A stretch of DNA of 64,000 nucleotides from Peribolospora baueri. Its lineage: Eukaryota. The DNA lies in NCBI GenBank assembly GCA_029717555.1, contig JAMDHS010000093.1, positions 1 to 64,000 on the forward strand, written 5' to 3'. Below are positions 48,314-62,033 of the stretch, piece by piece. Numbering within the stretch: the stretch's first letter is position 1; every line of letters begins with the position of its first letter. Made by a program: the position numbers and the translations under genes. The notes under the pieces are model-generated. The model ran no database searches. It had not been told where the DNA came from and saw only the letters and a program-made list of their open reading frames with translations.

Positions 48314-48380
48314 TGCCCCCGTTCTGTAACGCCTACGATCTATCATCCATATTCTCAGGATATCGCTTATACTATCATCC

Positions 48381-51300
48381 ATGACCGCCCCTCCGTCCCA
48401 GTCTTCTTCTACGCCGATCCCCCCATGGTCGCCCGGTTACCATGTCGCGGAGCAAGGCTCCGCCGCCACCACCTCACTCGTTCCCATGGACCCGGATGAG
48501 GCATTCGTTAAGATGGGCGTAAGGGAGGTGAGGATGTACGCCCGAAAGGCAAGGTGAGAGAGAGCACGGCTTTCTCGAACGCCCAATCCCGTTCGCATGC
48601 GCCGATCCGAGCCCGATCTGCTCAACGTCCCGTCCCTGTCTGCCGTACCCCGCTCAGAGCCTCGGCAGATGCGAAGCAGTCCGACCTCCGCGTCCTCGTC
48701 GGGGAAAGGTACCGTGACATGCTCGGCGCCGCGACGTCGATCGTGGACATATCAAGTGCCTCGACTCGATTGCGTGAACGGTTACACACTGTGAGGAGTG
48801 GCTGTGAGCTAGGGAAGCTCCAGGGTCGATGGTCGACCGAGCCCGTAAAGGCGAATGATACTAAGAGCGTGTCCCATCCAACCGGTGAGGCTCAACGTCC
48901 GAGCGTCGCCGATGAACCGTCTTGACTGCTTATTGACCCGTTCACTACGTCTTCCCCTCGCTCCGCTAGGCGATAGACCTTCTCCCGCACTTTATTCCCT
49001 CGCGGCTTGTTTGAAACTACTCCACGACGCTCCCGAACACCTCTGGCGACTAATCGAGCACGATCGGCTTCTCCCGGCGGCTTGGGCGTACATTCTCGCT
49101 CGCGTGGTGTGGAGGGATTTGAGCAATCGAAGCAAGGAGGAGAGCCCGGCAATGGACGTCAAGGTCAGCTAGTCTTGCCGTCATCTTTATTGACGCTTGT
49201 CTGTTCTGACCTGCCGATCATCTTTCGACATCATTTTAGGTCATGTTTCCAGTCATCGAGAAGCAATGGCTCAGTCTAGGTCAGCTACGTCGGCAAATTG
49301 TTCAGCGATCCACTGAGTGTCTGAGAGAGCATGAGATGGGTCTACAGGTGAGTTTCGTTTGCCTTTCGGGCGAAGCGCTCGCGCCGTTTACCTGCGGATT
49401 GCTCAGCTGGCTTTGGCTTCTATGCTGCGCCCTCCAGACCGCCTGCGATATCCTTTCGGCACTTCTGCTCCTCGACAATGTCACATTGCCTCGCGCTTTC
49501 CAATTGCTTCTCTCACAACGGATGGAGGCTATGAAGAAGGTTTTAGCTACATTCCGAAGCTCCACGCCCGCGACCGGCTCTCCCGTCTCGCCCACCTTTC
49601 CCGCACGGCTGCCGTTTGGTCAAGAAGCCAGCCAAAGGGAAACGAAGCAAGCGAGGGCTGAGCGGGAGAGGGTCAAGGGAACGCTCGGCAGGATCCTGGA
49701 GATTGCTATCTGGACGGTGGCTCAATCCCTCGAGCTGTTCGCCTCTCCTAGCACATCGGGAGCATCGGCTGGCAAGTGCCACGTGGTCCATTTTCTGGAG
49801 CAGATCCAACAACCTGTCAAGAAACCTTTGAATACCAGTTCTAAACTGCCGAATAGCACCGACCCGGCCCGACCGGATGCCCACATCACCACCCGTTCAG
49901 TGCTGCGCACATTCCCGTCCGCGCAGCTCTTGTTCCTTCACCTCCCGGAACCGATTCAGTCGTTCCTTCCCTACATCGATGTGTCTACGTCGTCCGACTG
50001 GCGAAGGCAAGTCGGCGACGATGTGCGTGAGTGGAGCGGGCAAGTCTTGGCGCTTCTCGGAGGAGTGCATGGCCTTCAGGACCTGCTGAAGGGCTTGATC
50101 ACCATCGGAGACGTATCCAACGCAAGGAGAGCCGTGATGTCTCTCATGAGCGAACTGTTGACAAAACTTGGCCAAGATGGCGAGGTTGACGCACACCTCG
50201 CGCTGGTCTTGGAGGAGATGGACAAATACAAGCGCGCTGTCGATCAGGCCTTCAAGATGAGACTGAAGGAGATTTACTCTTCTCGCCTAGAGCAAATCCT
50301 TCAAGCGGTCGCCGATGGGATCCGAACCTGCTCGCAGGCTGTCTCAGACAATGATGGAGGTAGGTTTTTAGCAATTTCCTGCGATGACTGGCCTGTCGTA
50401 CAATGGTATTCATTTCGCTCTGCTTCGCTCTACAGATCAGGAGCCTTCGGCTTTTATATTCTCCCCGGATTTGCCCTTCCCTCCCACGATGATGGCTCCC
50501 CTACAGTCGGCTTCAAATCTACGTCATCGCGCTGCCGGTGCTCCCACCGCCACGCCAATGGAAACCTTCAAGGATGCGCTGAAATCTCGTGCCACAGGCC
50601 GCACTCCGCTTCTGGACACCGTCCTGACGGGTCTTGAACGACGGGTGGAAGGACTTCGGGGAGAGATGGTGTTGTACCTTGCGGATTCTGACGTGTCGAG
50701 ACTCGATGACGCCAGCGAAACGGGTGGCATTCTAATTGAGTACGAGCAAGCGCTGTCAGAAGCTGTCACAAAGATCTTGGCGTCTTTCGAACAGGTCATC
50801 GCTCAGGCCACGTCAAGTCGAACTGATGACACGGAGGTACACTTGGAGTCGGCGTTGCGAACAGGCCTTGCGATAGGACGGTTCGCTCTTGGCCTGGCAC
50901 GGAGCGAATCATTTTGCAAAGATTTGGCACTGGAAGGGCGGTTGGTCACCTCAAAGGCGCCGAGCCAACTCCAAGAGGGTTTGCATCGCGCTCATCGGCA
51001 GAGTCTCGCTCCCTGGACGTCGCGGGCGGTCCGAAGAGCCTTGGACGTCTTCCACAAAGCCATTCGGGAACCGCAAAGCCGGTGGGTCGGAGTGCAGAAA
51101 AAGCAAGCGACGTGGGGTTGGGACGGTGAGAGCCTTATGAATGCCATACTTCTACCCGCTCGGAACCTGTGCTGATCCTGACATGCGCCCTCTGCTCTTA
51201 TACCTTGCGTTGTCTCTTCATTTGCGGTCGGTAGTCGCCCGGGAGTCCTCGGTTGCTCTACCGGTGTCCCCTTCCGGAGCATGTCTGTCAGCTCTTTATT

Positions 51301-51951
51301 CTCTCGTCCAGTCCCTTCGCCCTCTCGGTCCTCACGCTTACTCCTCCCAGGACAACGTGGACATCATTTCGGCCCTGTTCGCCGACCTTGCGACCGAAGT
51401 AGAGCCTCTGCTGAGACAGCGGGCAGGAGACGGCTCTGAAGATAGCGGCTTGCAAGCATTGTTCGACTTGGCTACTCTTGAGGATGTGTGGAGCGGATTG
51501 AAGGGCGCAGGGGGCCAGGACCAAATCACCCGTGGTCTCAAGGAGGCGAGAGAGGAAGTGGAGAAGACGGTGAGCCACCGTGGCCTGCTTTTAATGCTTA
51601 TCTCTACGTGTACGTGCCCGATCGAATGTAGCTCATGCGCATCGACGGTCATATGCGATCTCCATCATCGACGCACTGCAGCTTCTCTCCGCCAATCCAT
51701 ACCTCTCTCCCGACCTCCTTTCGTCGCACTTGTCCAAATTCGTCGCACCATCGCTAGCATCAAAGCGCATCCTTTTCGGTCCGTTGATTTCGTCTACGCA
51801 GTATACCCTTGCATCCGGCACCGGTGGTCGGCATAGCGCTCGCCTGAGTCTGGGCGGCAGTGCTACCGTGGCGGGAGAGTACAAGAGTGCCTTGCCGGTA
51901 GCCCATGTGGGACGGAGATTGGGCAGCTTGCCCGTCAAGGCGAGGTCCTGA
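48381..51951 (+). CDS. COG1: Conserved oligomeric Golgi complex subunit 1-like (Vps51-type N-terminus)
   Basis: DPDEAF...ADAKQSDLRVLVGERYRDMLGAATSIV, LKLLHDAPEHLWRLIE, FPVIEKQW and LQALFDL. Confidence 0.8.
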
Positions 51952-51989
51952 GTTCGCTGGCGGGTAGGGGGAGGCTGGGAGGGGCCGGA

Positions 51990-52027
51990 GCGATGGCGAT
52001 GGCGATGGCTGTGGCGATGGCGATGGC
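51990..52027. repeat. Imperfect (GCGATG)n microsatellite
   Basis: gcgatggcgatggcgatggctgtggcgatggcgatggc just downstream of COG1. Confidence 0.8.
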
Positions 52028-52319
52028 TGGGACGAAGCATTTGTACTTATACTTGGCGATTCGCGACACAGATCCGGTTCTACCCGCGGTCCGTCCATTC
52101 CATTCCATCGTATCGTCTCGTTTGTCCATTCATTACCTCGTCGATATCCGGAAGAAAAGGGGCCGTTCGAGACGGGACGCGGTGGAAAGGCAGCGCGCCA
52201 TCATTGCCATCGTTGCCCGCTTGTCTCCGAGTCGGGTCACCTCTTCGCGTCTCCCACATCGGTCGACATCGATTCAAAGACACCGCGACTCTCTCGGCCC
52301 TGCGCTCGTCCCACCGTTT

Positions 52320-55300
52320 ATGGCGTCAGCAACCAGCTCCAACTCACGCGAGAGCCTCGCCGTCACCATCCCCAACCCTTTCGCCCCCTCGCCACTTTCT
52401 TCTCTGCCCCCCGATCGGCCAGATTCCGGGACGACGAGCGCGTCTGCACCGCCAGCGCGCGGCGAGGACACCCCAGGGCAGCGAGCACAAGACGAGACCA
52501 TGGGCATGGACATGGCTGATATTCCCTCCCTTCCCTCCTCTTCCGCCTCGAGCATGCCGGCCTGGGCTCGCCCCGTCAAGCCTCTAGAGGGTCTTGCCAC
52601 TGAGATATTGCCCGCACCGCCCAGGCGACCATACGAAAGTCGACGCGCCAGCGCGGTCGCCAATGGGGGCGTCTATCCTGCGAATGGAGCGTTTCCGCAT
52701 CTGGAGTCCTCGAGGCCAAAGCGTCCGAAGAGCATAAAGCTCAGGTGAACCGGAATCGCTCTCTTCTCTCCGACCTTTGTTCCAAGCTCATCCCTTTCCC
52801 TCTTCGCTTCCAACGCTTTTTTGAAGCCCGGGCAAAAACAAGGCGACGCGAGGGATTCGGCACACCGTCCTCCTCGAGCGGCGCGAGGACACACCGAGTT
52901 CGCTGCCGCCTGAACGACGTCGGTCACCGACCTCTCTGGACGCCTCCGTGCTGGAATCCGCTTCCCCTTCTTTGCTCACCGTCGAGATGTCGCGCTCCTC
53001 AACACCGATGACGACCCCTGCCACTCAGCCACACTTGCCGACGAGTCCCTCTCTGTCCATCTCAGATGCTGGATCGGATACGGCCGGTCTCGTTTCTGTC
53101 TCAGATCCAGCAGTCGAAGATGTGCCACTGGACGCCGATTCTTCCACGCATAGCCGAAGGCGTTCACTCCGAGCAGAGCGTCCCAAGCAGGCACTCCCCT
53201 CCTCTCGTGCCCCGTCGTCGACGGACAGAGAGAGCGCACCGCCACAGGAGAAAGCTGCGTGGAACAAGCCGGAGATTGTGAGTTTCCTCTCGTGTCGCTC
53301 CTTCGCTTGTCTATGCTATGCCTCCAGGCAAGCGCGTCAAATTGTCGCAGACGTGTTGGCGCGGTGGCGAATTTTGCCGCTGGCCATCCTCATTGTGTGC
53401 GTTCACTGCTCACGTCACGTACGAATGCTCTGCCCTTCCCCACCCAGCCCAACAACGACTATTGCGAGACGTGCAAGGGCGTCGGTCGGTTCCTCTGCTG
53501 TGATGGCTGTCCTAGGTCGTTTCATTTCGCCTGTCTCGAGCCGCCTCTCGACATTGACGAACTGCCGGATGACGCATGGTACTGCAACGTCTGCAAGGCT
53601 AACATGGTGAGCCTCGGGTCCCTTGGCTGTTTTTTCTTGTGTGTTGCACGCCAGACATTATCTCTGTTTGCCATGCGAATATCTTTTGACGACATCCTTT
53701 TTTCCCGTTCGTATCGTAATGATCCCACTTGCGTTCCCGAAGGCACCGACACGGAAACCGCCGAAATCTGCATTCGACCAGCTGTCTCACGTTATCGCCC
53801 GACAGAACCCGCGAATCTTTTCCCTTCCCCAAGACGTCCGAAATTATTTCAAAGGAGGTCGGTACATTGGCTTTTAGCATCGAGTCTGTGACGCAAAGCT
53901 GATCAATATCTTACCTGGTCCCCAGTTTCCACCGCTTCCGACGGGTCCTATATGGACGTTACTTTCATGAGGCCATTGCGTATGGAGTGAGTCGCACTAG
54001 TGACGCGGACCATGTTGTCTCCACTTACCCTTTCAAGTTTTGGCTGAATCGCTTTTTGCAGCAAACACGGATTTGCGGAGGAGCGGGATCCGTACAGGCT
54101 CAAAGACAAGAACGGCAAGCCGGTCCTCTGTTATCAATGTGGGGGATCAGCCTTGCCGCCCACTATTTCACCTGTCGAGCCACCACGGGCCGAAATCGAG
54201 GACTCTCCCTCAAGCGTTCGGAGCTTACGCCATTCCACTCGTCAAGCCCGCGATGTGTCATCGGCGTCCGCTTCAACGAGCGGCACACCGTCGACGCCTG
54301 CTTTGAAGCGCGAGCAAGGCTGGCGGACCATCCTGTCGTGCGACTTCTGCAATCTGCATTGGCATCTAGATTGCTTTGATCCGCCGCTTCCGAGCATGCC
54401 GAGTGTCACTCGCAAGTGGATGTGTCCGAATCACGCTGAGCACACGCTGGTGAGTTCATTCGCCTCCGTTTGCTACCGGCGCGCCCCTCCCCCCTTCCCC
54501 ACTGACGTCACACCTACCGAACCTTGCCCTCAACCCCGGAAGCCGCGCAAACGTGTTCCGAAGAATCCATCGGCCATCATCACGATTGACATTCCTGGGC
54601 CGCCTCATGCGCAGACACAGCTGAAGTCTTCACCTTCAAGTCCTACCCTGCCATCATCCGGTAGCGCCACCTCTTCGCACCGTGCTCTTGTGAACAATGG
54701 GGACGTCAATGTGGTTCCAGATCCTGAGGACACGTTCTTTGACAAGGTGGACGGCCGTGGTCGTTCTGGCGATCGTGGTTGGGATGATATTGTCATCGGA
54801 AACGTGCGCTACAGGGTCCCAGAGAAGACGATCAGGCTGGAATTCTGGAACAAGGCTTTCAAGAGCAGGAGGGCGTTAGAAAAGCAAAAAGCCGATGTCG
54901 AGAATGATGTGTGGTTGACGCAGTGAGTTTCGTTTACAATTGTGCCTTGTCAGCAGTCGTAGGGTTCGCCTCATCCGTGTCTTTGCTAAAGCATGAATGT
55001 TACTTCCTACTTTGTTTAGGAATTCACCTGAACGTTTAGGAACTCTGGACGAGCTGGCTTCGCTCGCGACGGAGCGGTTGGCAGAGCTCTCTAACGATCG
55101 ATCTCTTCACACGCCTTCATCGTCTCGAGCAAAGGTAAGTTGAGCACCAACAACCCTGTGGTTGAACTTTGCCCGCTGTCTGGCTGACCAGGTCCTGTTG
55201 TGTTCTTCTTCCTCTTCATCCTCAGCGTGCCCTGTCAGAGGATGACCTTCCGAACGCGAAAGCAAAGAGGCGTTCGAGGCGAAGCGCATCTGCAACGGCG

Positions 55301-55864
55301 AGCGTCGAAGAGAACGAACGATCTCACGCAGCCAGAGGCTCGCCTCGACTGACATCTCTGTCGGCGGCCCACAAGGCAGCAATTCATCACGCCATCGGCT
55401 CCGGCGACCAGTCGGCCACCGCCGTCCCTAACAAGTCTCCGCTTCTGGTTCGCTTGCCCGCATCTTCCTCCGCTGCGGCGCAACAGAAGCGGTCTTCTTC
55501 TCCTATCCACTCCATTCGGAGCTCTCCCTTGACGGGACGCAAGGGCAAGCGCAGCAGTCTCGGCGCCGCAGGCACGTTGAACGCGGCTATGGAACGATTA
55601 AGCCAAGCTACAGCGGACGACAAGGACGAGCGAGACAGTTCTCCCGACGGGTCGTCTGCTTCAGCTCCAGCCTCAACGAGACTCGGTCCGGTTGACGGGC
55701 CTTCGAACGGTCTGCTACCTCCGAACGGAATCGAGACGTCGAACGAAAGAAACGCGAGCCCGCCGAGGAGGCTGACGCCAAAGGAGCTGGAGCAGCTGCT
55801 TGCGGTCAAGCAGCTGATGAAGAGAAAAGGCCAAGAGGAGGCGCTGGCATTCCTTCTGTCTTAG
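52320..55864 (+). CDS. RCO1: Double-PHD protein, Rco1/Cph-like subunit of the Rpd3S/Clr6 complex
   Basis: PHD1 NNDYCETCKGVGRFLCCDGCPRSFHFACLEPP..WYCNVC, then NPRIFSLPQDVRNYFKGV, a split PHD2 CYQC...ILSCDFCNLHWHLDCFDPP..KWMCPNH, and YRVPEKTIRLEFW. Confidence 0.8.
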
Positions 55865-56120
55865 TTAATGCACGCAGCACTGTTTGTATTCTATGGGCTC
55901 TGGTCCCTCGGCGAGGCGGCAAAAGAGGCTGAATCCGGTGTGTTGTTGCCTACGCTATCTTCTCCGCGATCATTGCACACTCACCGCTCCGGATCGGATT
56001 TGATTGCGCGAGTTAGGTTCACTTGGCAAAGGAGCGCGTTCGACAGTGAAAATAGTGTTAACCGATCAAGTGGGGCATGTGCGCCTCTCGATGGCCCTTC
56101 AATGCAGGAATACCGCCACA

Positions 56121-56906
56121 TCATTCTTGAATTCGCTGTTTGTGGAAGACGCCTGTTTACCGGGATGAGATGAGGAAACAAGACGAACATGAGGCAAGGG
56201 GCGCAACGCGCGAGGCCAAACGGCTGATTACGATCTATCTCCGCCCATCCTTCTTGTAATCCTGATCTCCGAAATGCTTGACCTCGGGGTGGCCTCGCTT
56301 GGCTCACCTGAAACCTCAGGCATCCAAGACTCCCTGGCGCTGCAGAAGAACTCGCCCTTGGGACGCAAGTCATGCTTCGCAGACTCATCGTCCAGGCTGC
56401 CGTAGCAGACGTACCTGAACGGGTTTCCGTCGCCCTTCACGGGGCAAATCGAGGGGAAAGAAAAGGGGCATGTGAATGCTACACCAAAGAACAATTAGCG
56501 GAGAAGAAAATGAGCCGGGGAAGGGAAGGCGCACGGCGTATTCAAGCAAATTGCCGCCACACTCGGCGCAGAAATGGCGGTGAAGACGTAGTCCGGATTC
56601 GGTGTTGTCGCTGACCGACTCTTTCGGCGAGCCTCTGGTGATGTGGAAGGCTTCCTTGGGCACCTTGGTCGTCACTCCAAAGGCGGAGCCTGTCCATTTC
56701 TGAGAGGGAACGGAGGGCGCAGAGTGAACGAGGAGGCTCTACGACGAGAGCGGTCGAAGCGGCACACGGAGGTAATTGTCGATCTGAGCGCTGGTCACCT
56801 TGCAATTGCGACAGTGGCACAAGGACGTGCGCGCGCCGTCGGTCGAAGCGAGTTTGATGTTATATTGGACCGCCTTGCAATAGCAGGAACCTTTGTACGT
56901 CAGCAT
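56121..56906 (-). CDS. GFA/CENP-V (Mss4-like) zinc-binding protein
   Basis: YKGSCYCKAVQY, LCHCRNCKKWTGSAFG, RHFCAECG, YGSLDD and PKGEFFCSARESWMP. The last exon reads GVFHKQRIQE*. Confidence 0.9.
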
Positions 56907-57272
56907 CGGCGTCGTGGTAGGTCGCGATGGCGCGAGGCAGTGATGGACGGCGGAAGGTATTGGGGACCTGGACTTGGTAGATGTGCCAGCCTCTTGTATG
57001 TGTCGATGGCGACGAGGACAAGAGGAGGGACGAGACTGGTGCCCCCTTGTCAACCCACCTTGCTTACATCAGAAGGCACGGCCAATGATCGGGAGCAAGC
57101 TGTCGTCGATCGCCGGCCTTGCTGCGGCAGCGCCGAGTGCAAGTCGCCGGTGCGGGGTCGGCGTGTCGGCCGACGCGGAGGCCGACGCCGTTTCTTGGTT
57201 CTTGGCTATTGACTCTGTCTTGAGTCGTCCCATTTCTTTTCTCCACCTCCTTCATCTTGAGCGGTCCACGAA

Positions 57273-58579
57273 ATGGCTCTTCTCGCACGATCGCTCCTCC
57301 CGACCGCGACGCCTGCCCTCCGGCGCGCCCTCCGGCCCCCGCCCTCTGCTGCCACGACGGCCTTCTACCCTGCGCTCCCCACTCACCTCCGGCCTTACTC
57401 CACCCCCTCGCTCACCGCGGCCGAGGAGCACGCGCTGTCACAATGGATCGACCGGATCCGCTCGACGGCGGAGACACTGAGTGATGTCCTCTCCCTCAAT
57501 CGCGCTAAGCAGCTTGCAATCACCAACCCGGCTGCGCCCCCCGAGCAGTACTCCGCCATTGCAAGAGAGGGCGCGAGCTTGCCCCCTGGTTACCATATCT
57601 CTCTCTTCCAACCCTTGTTCCCTGAGCACGAGCTCGGAAAGGATGGCACAGACAAGGCCTATGGGCCTCCTGAGCCGCTCGTACAGCGCATGTGGGCCGG
57701 TGGAAGCTTGGAGTTTGTTGACGGAGAAGGCTTCAAGGTCGGGCATAGGGTGAGCCAAACGACAGAGGTGGAGAGCGTCGAGCGGAAGAGAGGAAACAAG
57801 ACGGGGGAGATGGTCCTCGTTTGGAGGAAGATCACCTTTAGGGATGAGGACACCGGTGAGGTAGTGGCCAGAGTGAGGAGGTGTCATCTTTACAGGAGGA
57901 AGGAGAAGAGAGAGAGACCCAAGGTGGACAAGGAGACGCACAAGCTGGGTGAGCACCTGATTCTCACCACTGCGGTTGGTCGTCCATGGCTAAGATCTGG
58001 GTCTCATCTTTTCGTCCCCTGGCACTTGACCTTCAGTGGCTCAACCCACGGCCAAGCCATCTCCCGACTTTACCCTCACCGTCCGACCTTCGAAAGTGAC
58101 GCTCTTCCGATTCTCTGCCCTCACGTTCAATGGCCACCGCATTCATTATGATACCGAGTACACCCGTTCGGAAGAAGGCTATGATGGTGTGTAGCTGGTG
58201 GTGATATTCATGGAGGGCGACAGGTTCATAACCACCATCTTCTTTTTTTTTTTTTTTTGTACGGCTTCTTCTTCCAGACTGCCTCGTCCATGGCCCCTTG
58301 ACAGCGGTGATGCTGCTCTCACTCGTCCACTACCAAGGCCTCCCCCTCCTTCGCTCCACTCCGTCGTCAATAGGTACCACGCCGTACATGTCCAGCTTCA
58401 GCTACAGGGCCACGTCGCCCCTTGTCGTTGGCAGAGACATCCGACTGTGCGGCAAGTGGGGGTCTGATATCGATTCTGATGGGAGCAAGGAAGGAACGAG
58501 GAGAAAGAAGGCACAAGTTTGGGCCGAGGGTCAGAATGGAGCGATAGGGATGCAGGGTGAGGCAGTGGTCGTGTACTGA
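57273..58579 (+). CDS. HTD2: Mitochondrial double-hotdog hydratase/dehydratase (HTD2 / itaconyl-CoA hydratase-like)
   Basis: Presequence MALLARSLL, then LPPGYH, LGKDGTD, RMWAGGSLEF, LFRFSALTFNGHRIHYD, LVHGPLT and FSYRATSPL. Confidence 0.8.
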
Positions 58580-58907
58580 GTCGGAAGGTCCTAAGAGACG
58601 GCTTGCTGCGTCTTCATTTGAGTGATGCTGCAAGGGTGTTATCGCCTCGGTGGAGATCAAGCCCCCATACCGTCATCCATCCCGCTTGGTTGGCTTGACA
58701 GTGCCGAAATTAAACTGTTTGCCGAACCCCTTGCGGATAGCAAAGTGAAGTAGGCGTGATAAAATTACAAGCAAGGTATAGCAGACAGCGCGAAGGCGAA
58801 GAAGGCTCGGAAACAGACGGATAAAGCAAATGCATTCCCAGCCGAAGTTGCCCCTCCGATGGTGACGACGCCAGCAAAAACAACAGCGAATCCATGGCTC
58901 CGATCGA

Positions 58908-61518
58908 TCAGAATCTTTAGAAAGCGGGGCGTACAAGAAACAATTGCCGAATCGGGTCAGCGTCTTTCCCGTGAGGAAACGAATAAATCAAGAAAAAATG
59001 AAAGAGACAACTGAACTCACCTGATGAGGTACGATCCGTTGCTCTTGGTAAGGTATCGTACCCTGCGTAATCACAGGTTTCCGCCGCCGATGACAGCCGG
59101 AATGAGTCCATCGGTCAAACCTTTCAAGGCGACGCCTACCGAGCCTTTGGATAATTCCTTCTTGGCCAAATCAAACACGGTCTTACTCACCACTTCACGC
59201 TGTTATACCCCTCCCGCTCGAATACTTTCAAGAATCTGACGCTCAGACCACTAGCAGCGACCATGAGCACCTGGAACTGAACATCAATCGGTGGTCGGGA
59301 CCAGGCTTTTCGTGTTGTCGTTGAGGAGAGTTCGGCATCTGCCTGGAGTGTGCACTCGGATGCGCCTTGAACGCGTGGGATCCTGGTAATAAGACAAGTA
59401 GAAGTATTGGGAGAATTGAAGATGACGGCAAACAGTCGAGTAAGCAAGCGACGACCCTGGCGAGCACCCAGACGCCAAACAAATCTACACTCGACAGACT
59501 GCCGACGACTCACTTCCAAATGATCACGTTTTCGCTGGGCTGATACTTAGCCTTCCCCACAGGAGCCTTGCAGACGACGTTGGACGTGTTCAAAGGAGTA
59601 GGGACCCGCAACACGACGTTGGTCGCACTGAGCTTGGAGTCGAAGTTGGCTTTGACGTGAACAGTGTATTCCACTTTCGACTTTCCAATTTCGTCTATAA
59701 TTGGGTGCACCTTGAAGGGGAGGTTAACGTTCGAGGTCGTGCGGTATCTACAGCGAGCGAGCGGCGAGAACGAGCAGAAGTCAGCAACGGGGATTCCTAC
59801 GAATGGCCAAGTAGGAGCGAAAAGGACGTAAAAGGCGGCAACTTACCGCATGAGCTCAAATTCGCCGTCTGGGGGGATGAAACTGATGGTGCGGTCCTTG
59901 TGGAAGTTGCCGAGCTTGACGCACTGATGGAACTGACAGTCGTCTAGCTCAACCGCTTGGTCTTTTCGTGAAGAGTTGCTATACGGGATAAACCGATAGC
60001 CAACAGGACGATCAAAATATCAGTCAACTGGAGGACGTCTCGGACGGCTAAGGGAAGGCTATGGGGTGTGTCGGCAGGTACGCACGCCTTGTCCAGCATG
60101 AGCTTGTCGTTCAAGCCAAACTTGCATTCGGGTACACCCGAAAGATACGCTCTCATAAGGATTTGCCCATCTACGTCTGCTCGTAGGACGGTACCTGCGT
60201 GACAGCACGAGTAAGGTAAACTTTTCGTCAGAGGGAAGCGAGGCGTCGCAATCAGGATACACATGCGAGCTGATCAGGCGCTCACCTTTGGCACTCATGA
60301 GAAGATTGACAGTCTCAATAACATCCACAAATGCTTCGTTCTTCCGATATCTCACGTCAGCCCGGCGCCAGCTCGTCGCTCCAGTGGCTTGTATCGTTAT
60401 CTTCGCTGAGTCTTCCCTCTGTTGTGGAGACAGAGATGCCCAGTTGGGCAATCGGGGCAGAATTCCAAATCGGTTGAGCTCACGGGCAAACGCAGAAAAC
60501 GGCAGAGCAGATGCATAGAATAGACCACAGAAGACATAATAAACGCACCACGGCCTGTTCGCTCCGCACGCTCTCAGTGGTGATGTACATCTTCAACGTG
60601 TCGGTCTCCGAGTTTTGAGGGTAGCCAAAATCGATGACCTCTGTGTCAAGGGATAAGTTATAAATTGGTCAACAAAATGGACGAAATGCAAATTAGAAGA
60701 GCTTCCTTAGTGCGTATGTAAGTCTACCTGCCGACGCACGAACTCACCGTCGAGCAGCTCGTAGATCAACACAAAGTTGTTCTTCACGCTCTCTTCGTCT
60801 AATTTTCCAAAATAGGAGCGTCCTATCTGAATCATGCGGTAAAGGAATTCAAAGACTAAGGCTGCGTTCGCGTTGCACCTGCGGTGTTCGGAGACAGATA
60901 GGTAAGACGCGGGGAACCGATCGAAAAGGGGACCAGTATTTGAGCGGGTGAAGTTTAGGAAGATCGGAGGACAAAAACGAGTGAAAATACGTACTTTGTG
61001 ACAGCAACTATATATAGGTTCTCGTGTCTGGCATGGAAGAAGCTGGTGGAGCCGAGAGTGATGATGGGCGAGCGCACGTCTGGGTTGGAGACGACTTGGA
61101 TGCGGAAGATGTCCGCTATTGACCGCCTTTGAAAGCAAGTGAGAAATGGAGTTCAGAGAAGTGAGATAGGAGAATAAAAGGGAATAACAAGGATGAGAAC
61201 GAGAGCAATGAGACGACTTACTTCAAGTCAGACCGGAAGAGGCGCGAGATGAGCACCTAAACAAATCAAGTGCAGCATCTCCAGCGTAAGACAACTCGCC
61301 GTATAACCTAGCCATGCTGGATTAGGAAGATACCCAGAAGACTTTCTAAAAGAGCCATGCTAGTGCGCAACGCTCACCTCTCCCTTCTGGTTGAAAATAA
61401 AGAATGCCTGTGCACGCGAGGGGCGAATGTGAAAGGGTGAGCCGGCCAGCGAGCTTCAAACCACCAGCCTAACCGTACCGTTTGCCCATGACAATGGAGG
61501 TCAGCTCACCGAGATCAT
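58908..61518 (-). CDS. APM4: AP-2 adaptor complex mu subunit
   Basis: [88 protein letters not shown] and YNSVKW. Ends SYLIRF*. Confidence 0.96.
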
Positions 61519-62033
61519 GTTGAGCGCCCCTGCGTTACTGCGTCGGACGACGGAGTGCTGAGGCGGAGAACGGTGGGCGAGGTAGGTGAAGGATGGAGTT
61601 GGAGCATTCTTCTGGAGCGGGTCGGAGATGGATGGGTTATACGTCTATAGCGTATACGCGTATGCGTAGTGTGTGTACTTACTATCGGAGCTTGCATATT
61701 CGATCGCTTGCACTCCGCTGCCATCGAACACCTCAATCCCTATCATCCATCTCACCGCTCGTCTCTGCACGCTCGCACCGTCTTCCGAGCTCGAAACCTT
61801 GCGTGTCTGCCAGACTTTCCTGTCGACGACCAGTTTGATTTGGTCCTGTTTTGGCGGGATTGTGTCGCGGACGACGACGAAACCGCTCGACTTGCGAGCA
61901 CCTCCGCATCCTTGCCAAGGACGGAAGAGAGCTATTGTTCTCCTGTTGAATTTCGACGGTCAACCGTCGATTCGTCCAAGGACACCCTTTCTACGCCTTT
62001 GCCACACTCGCCTCCATCCGTCTGCTGGTCAAT

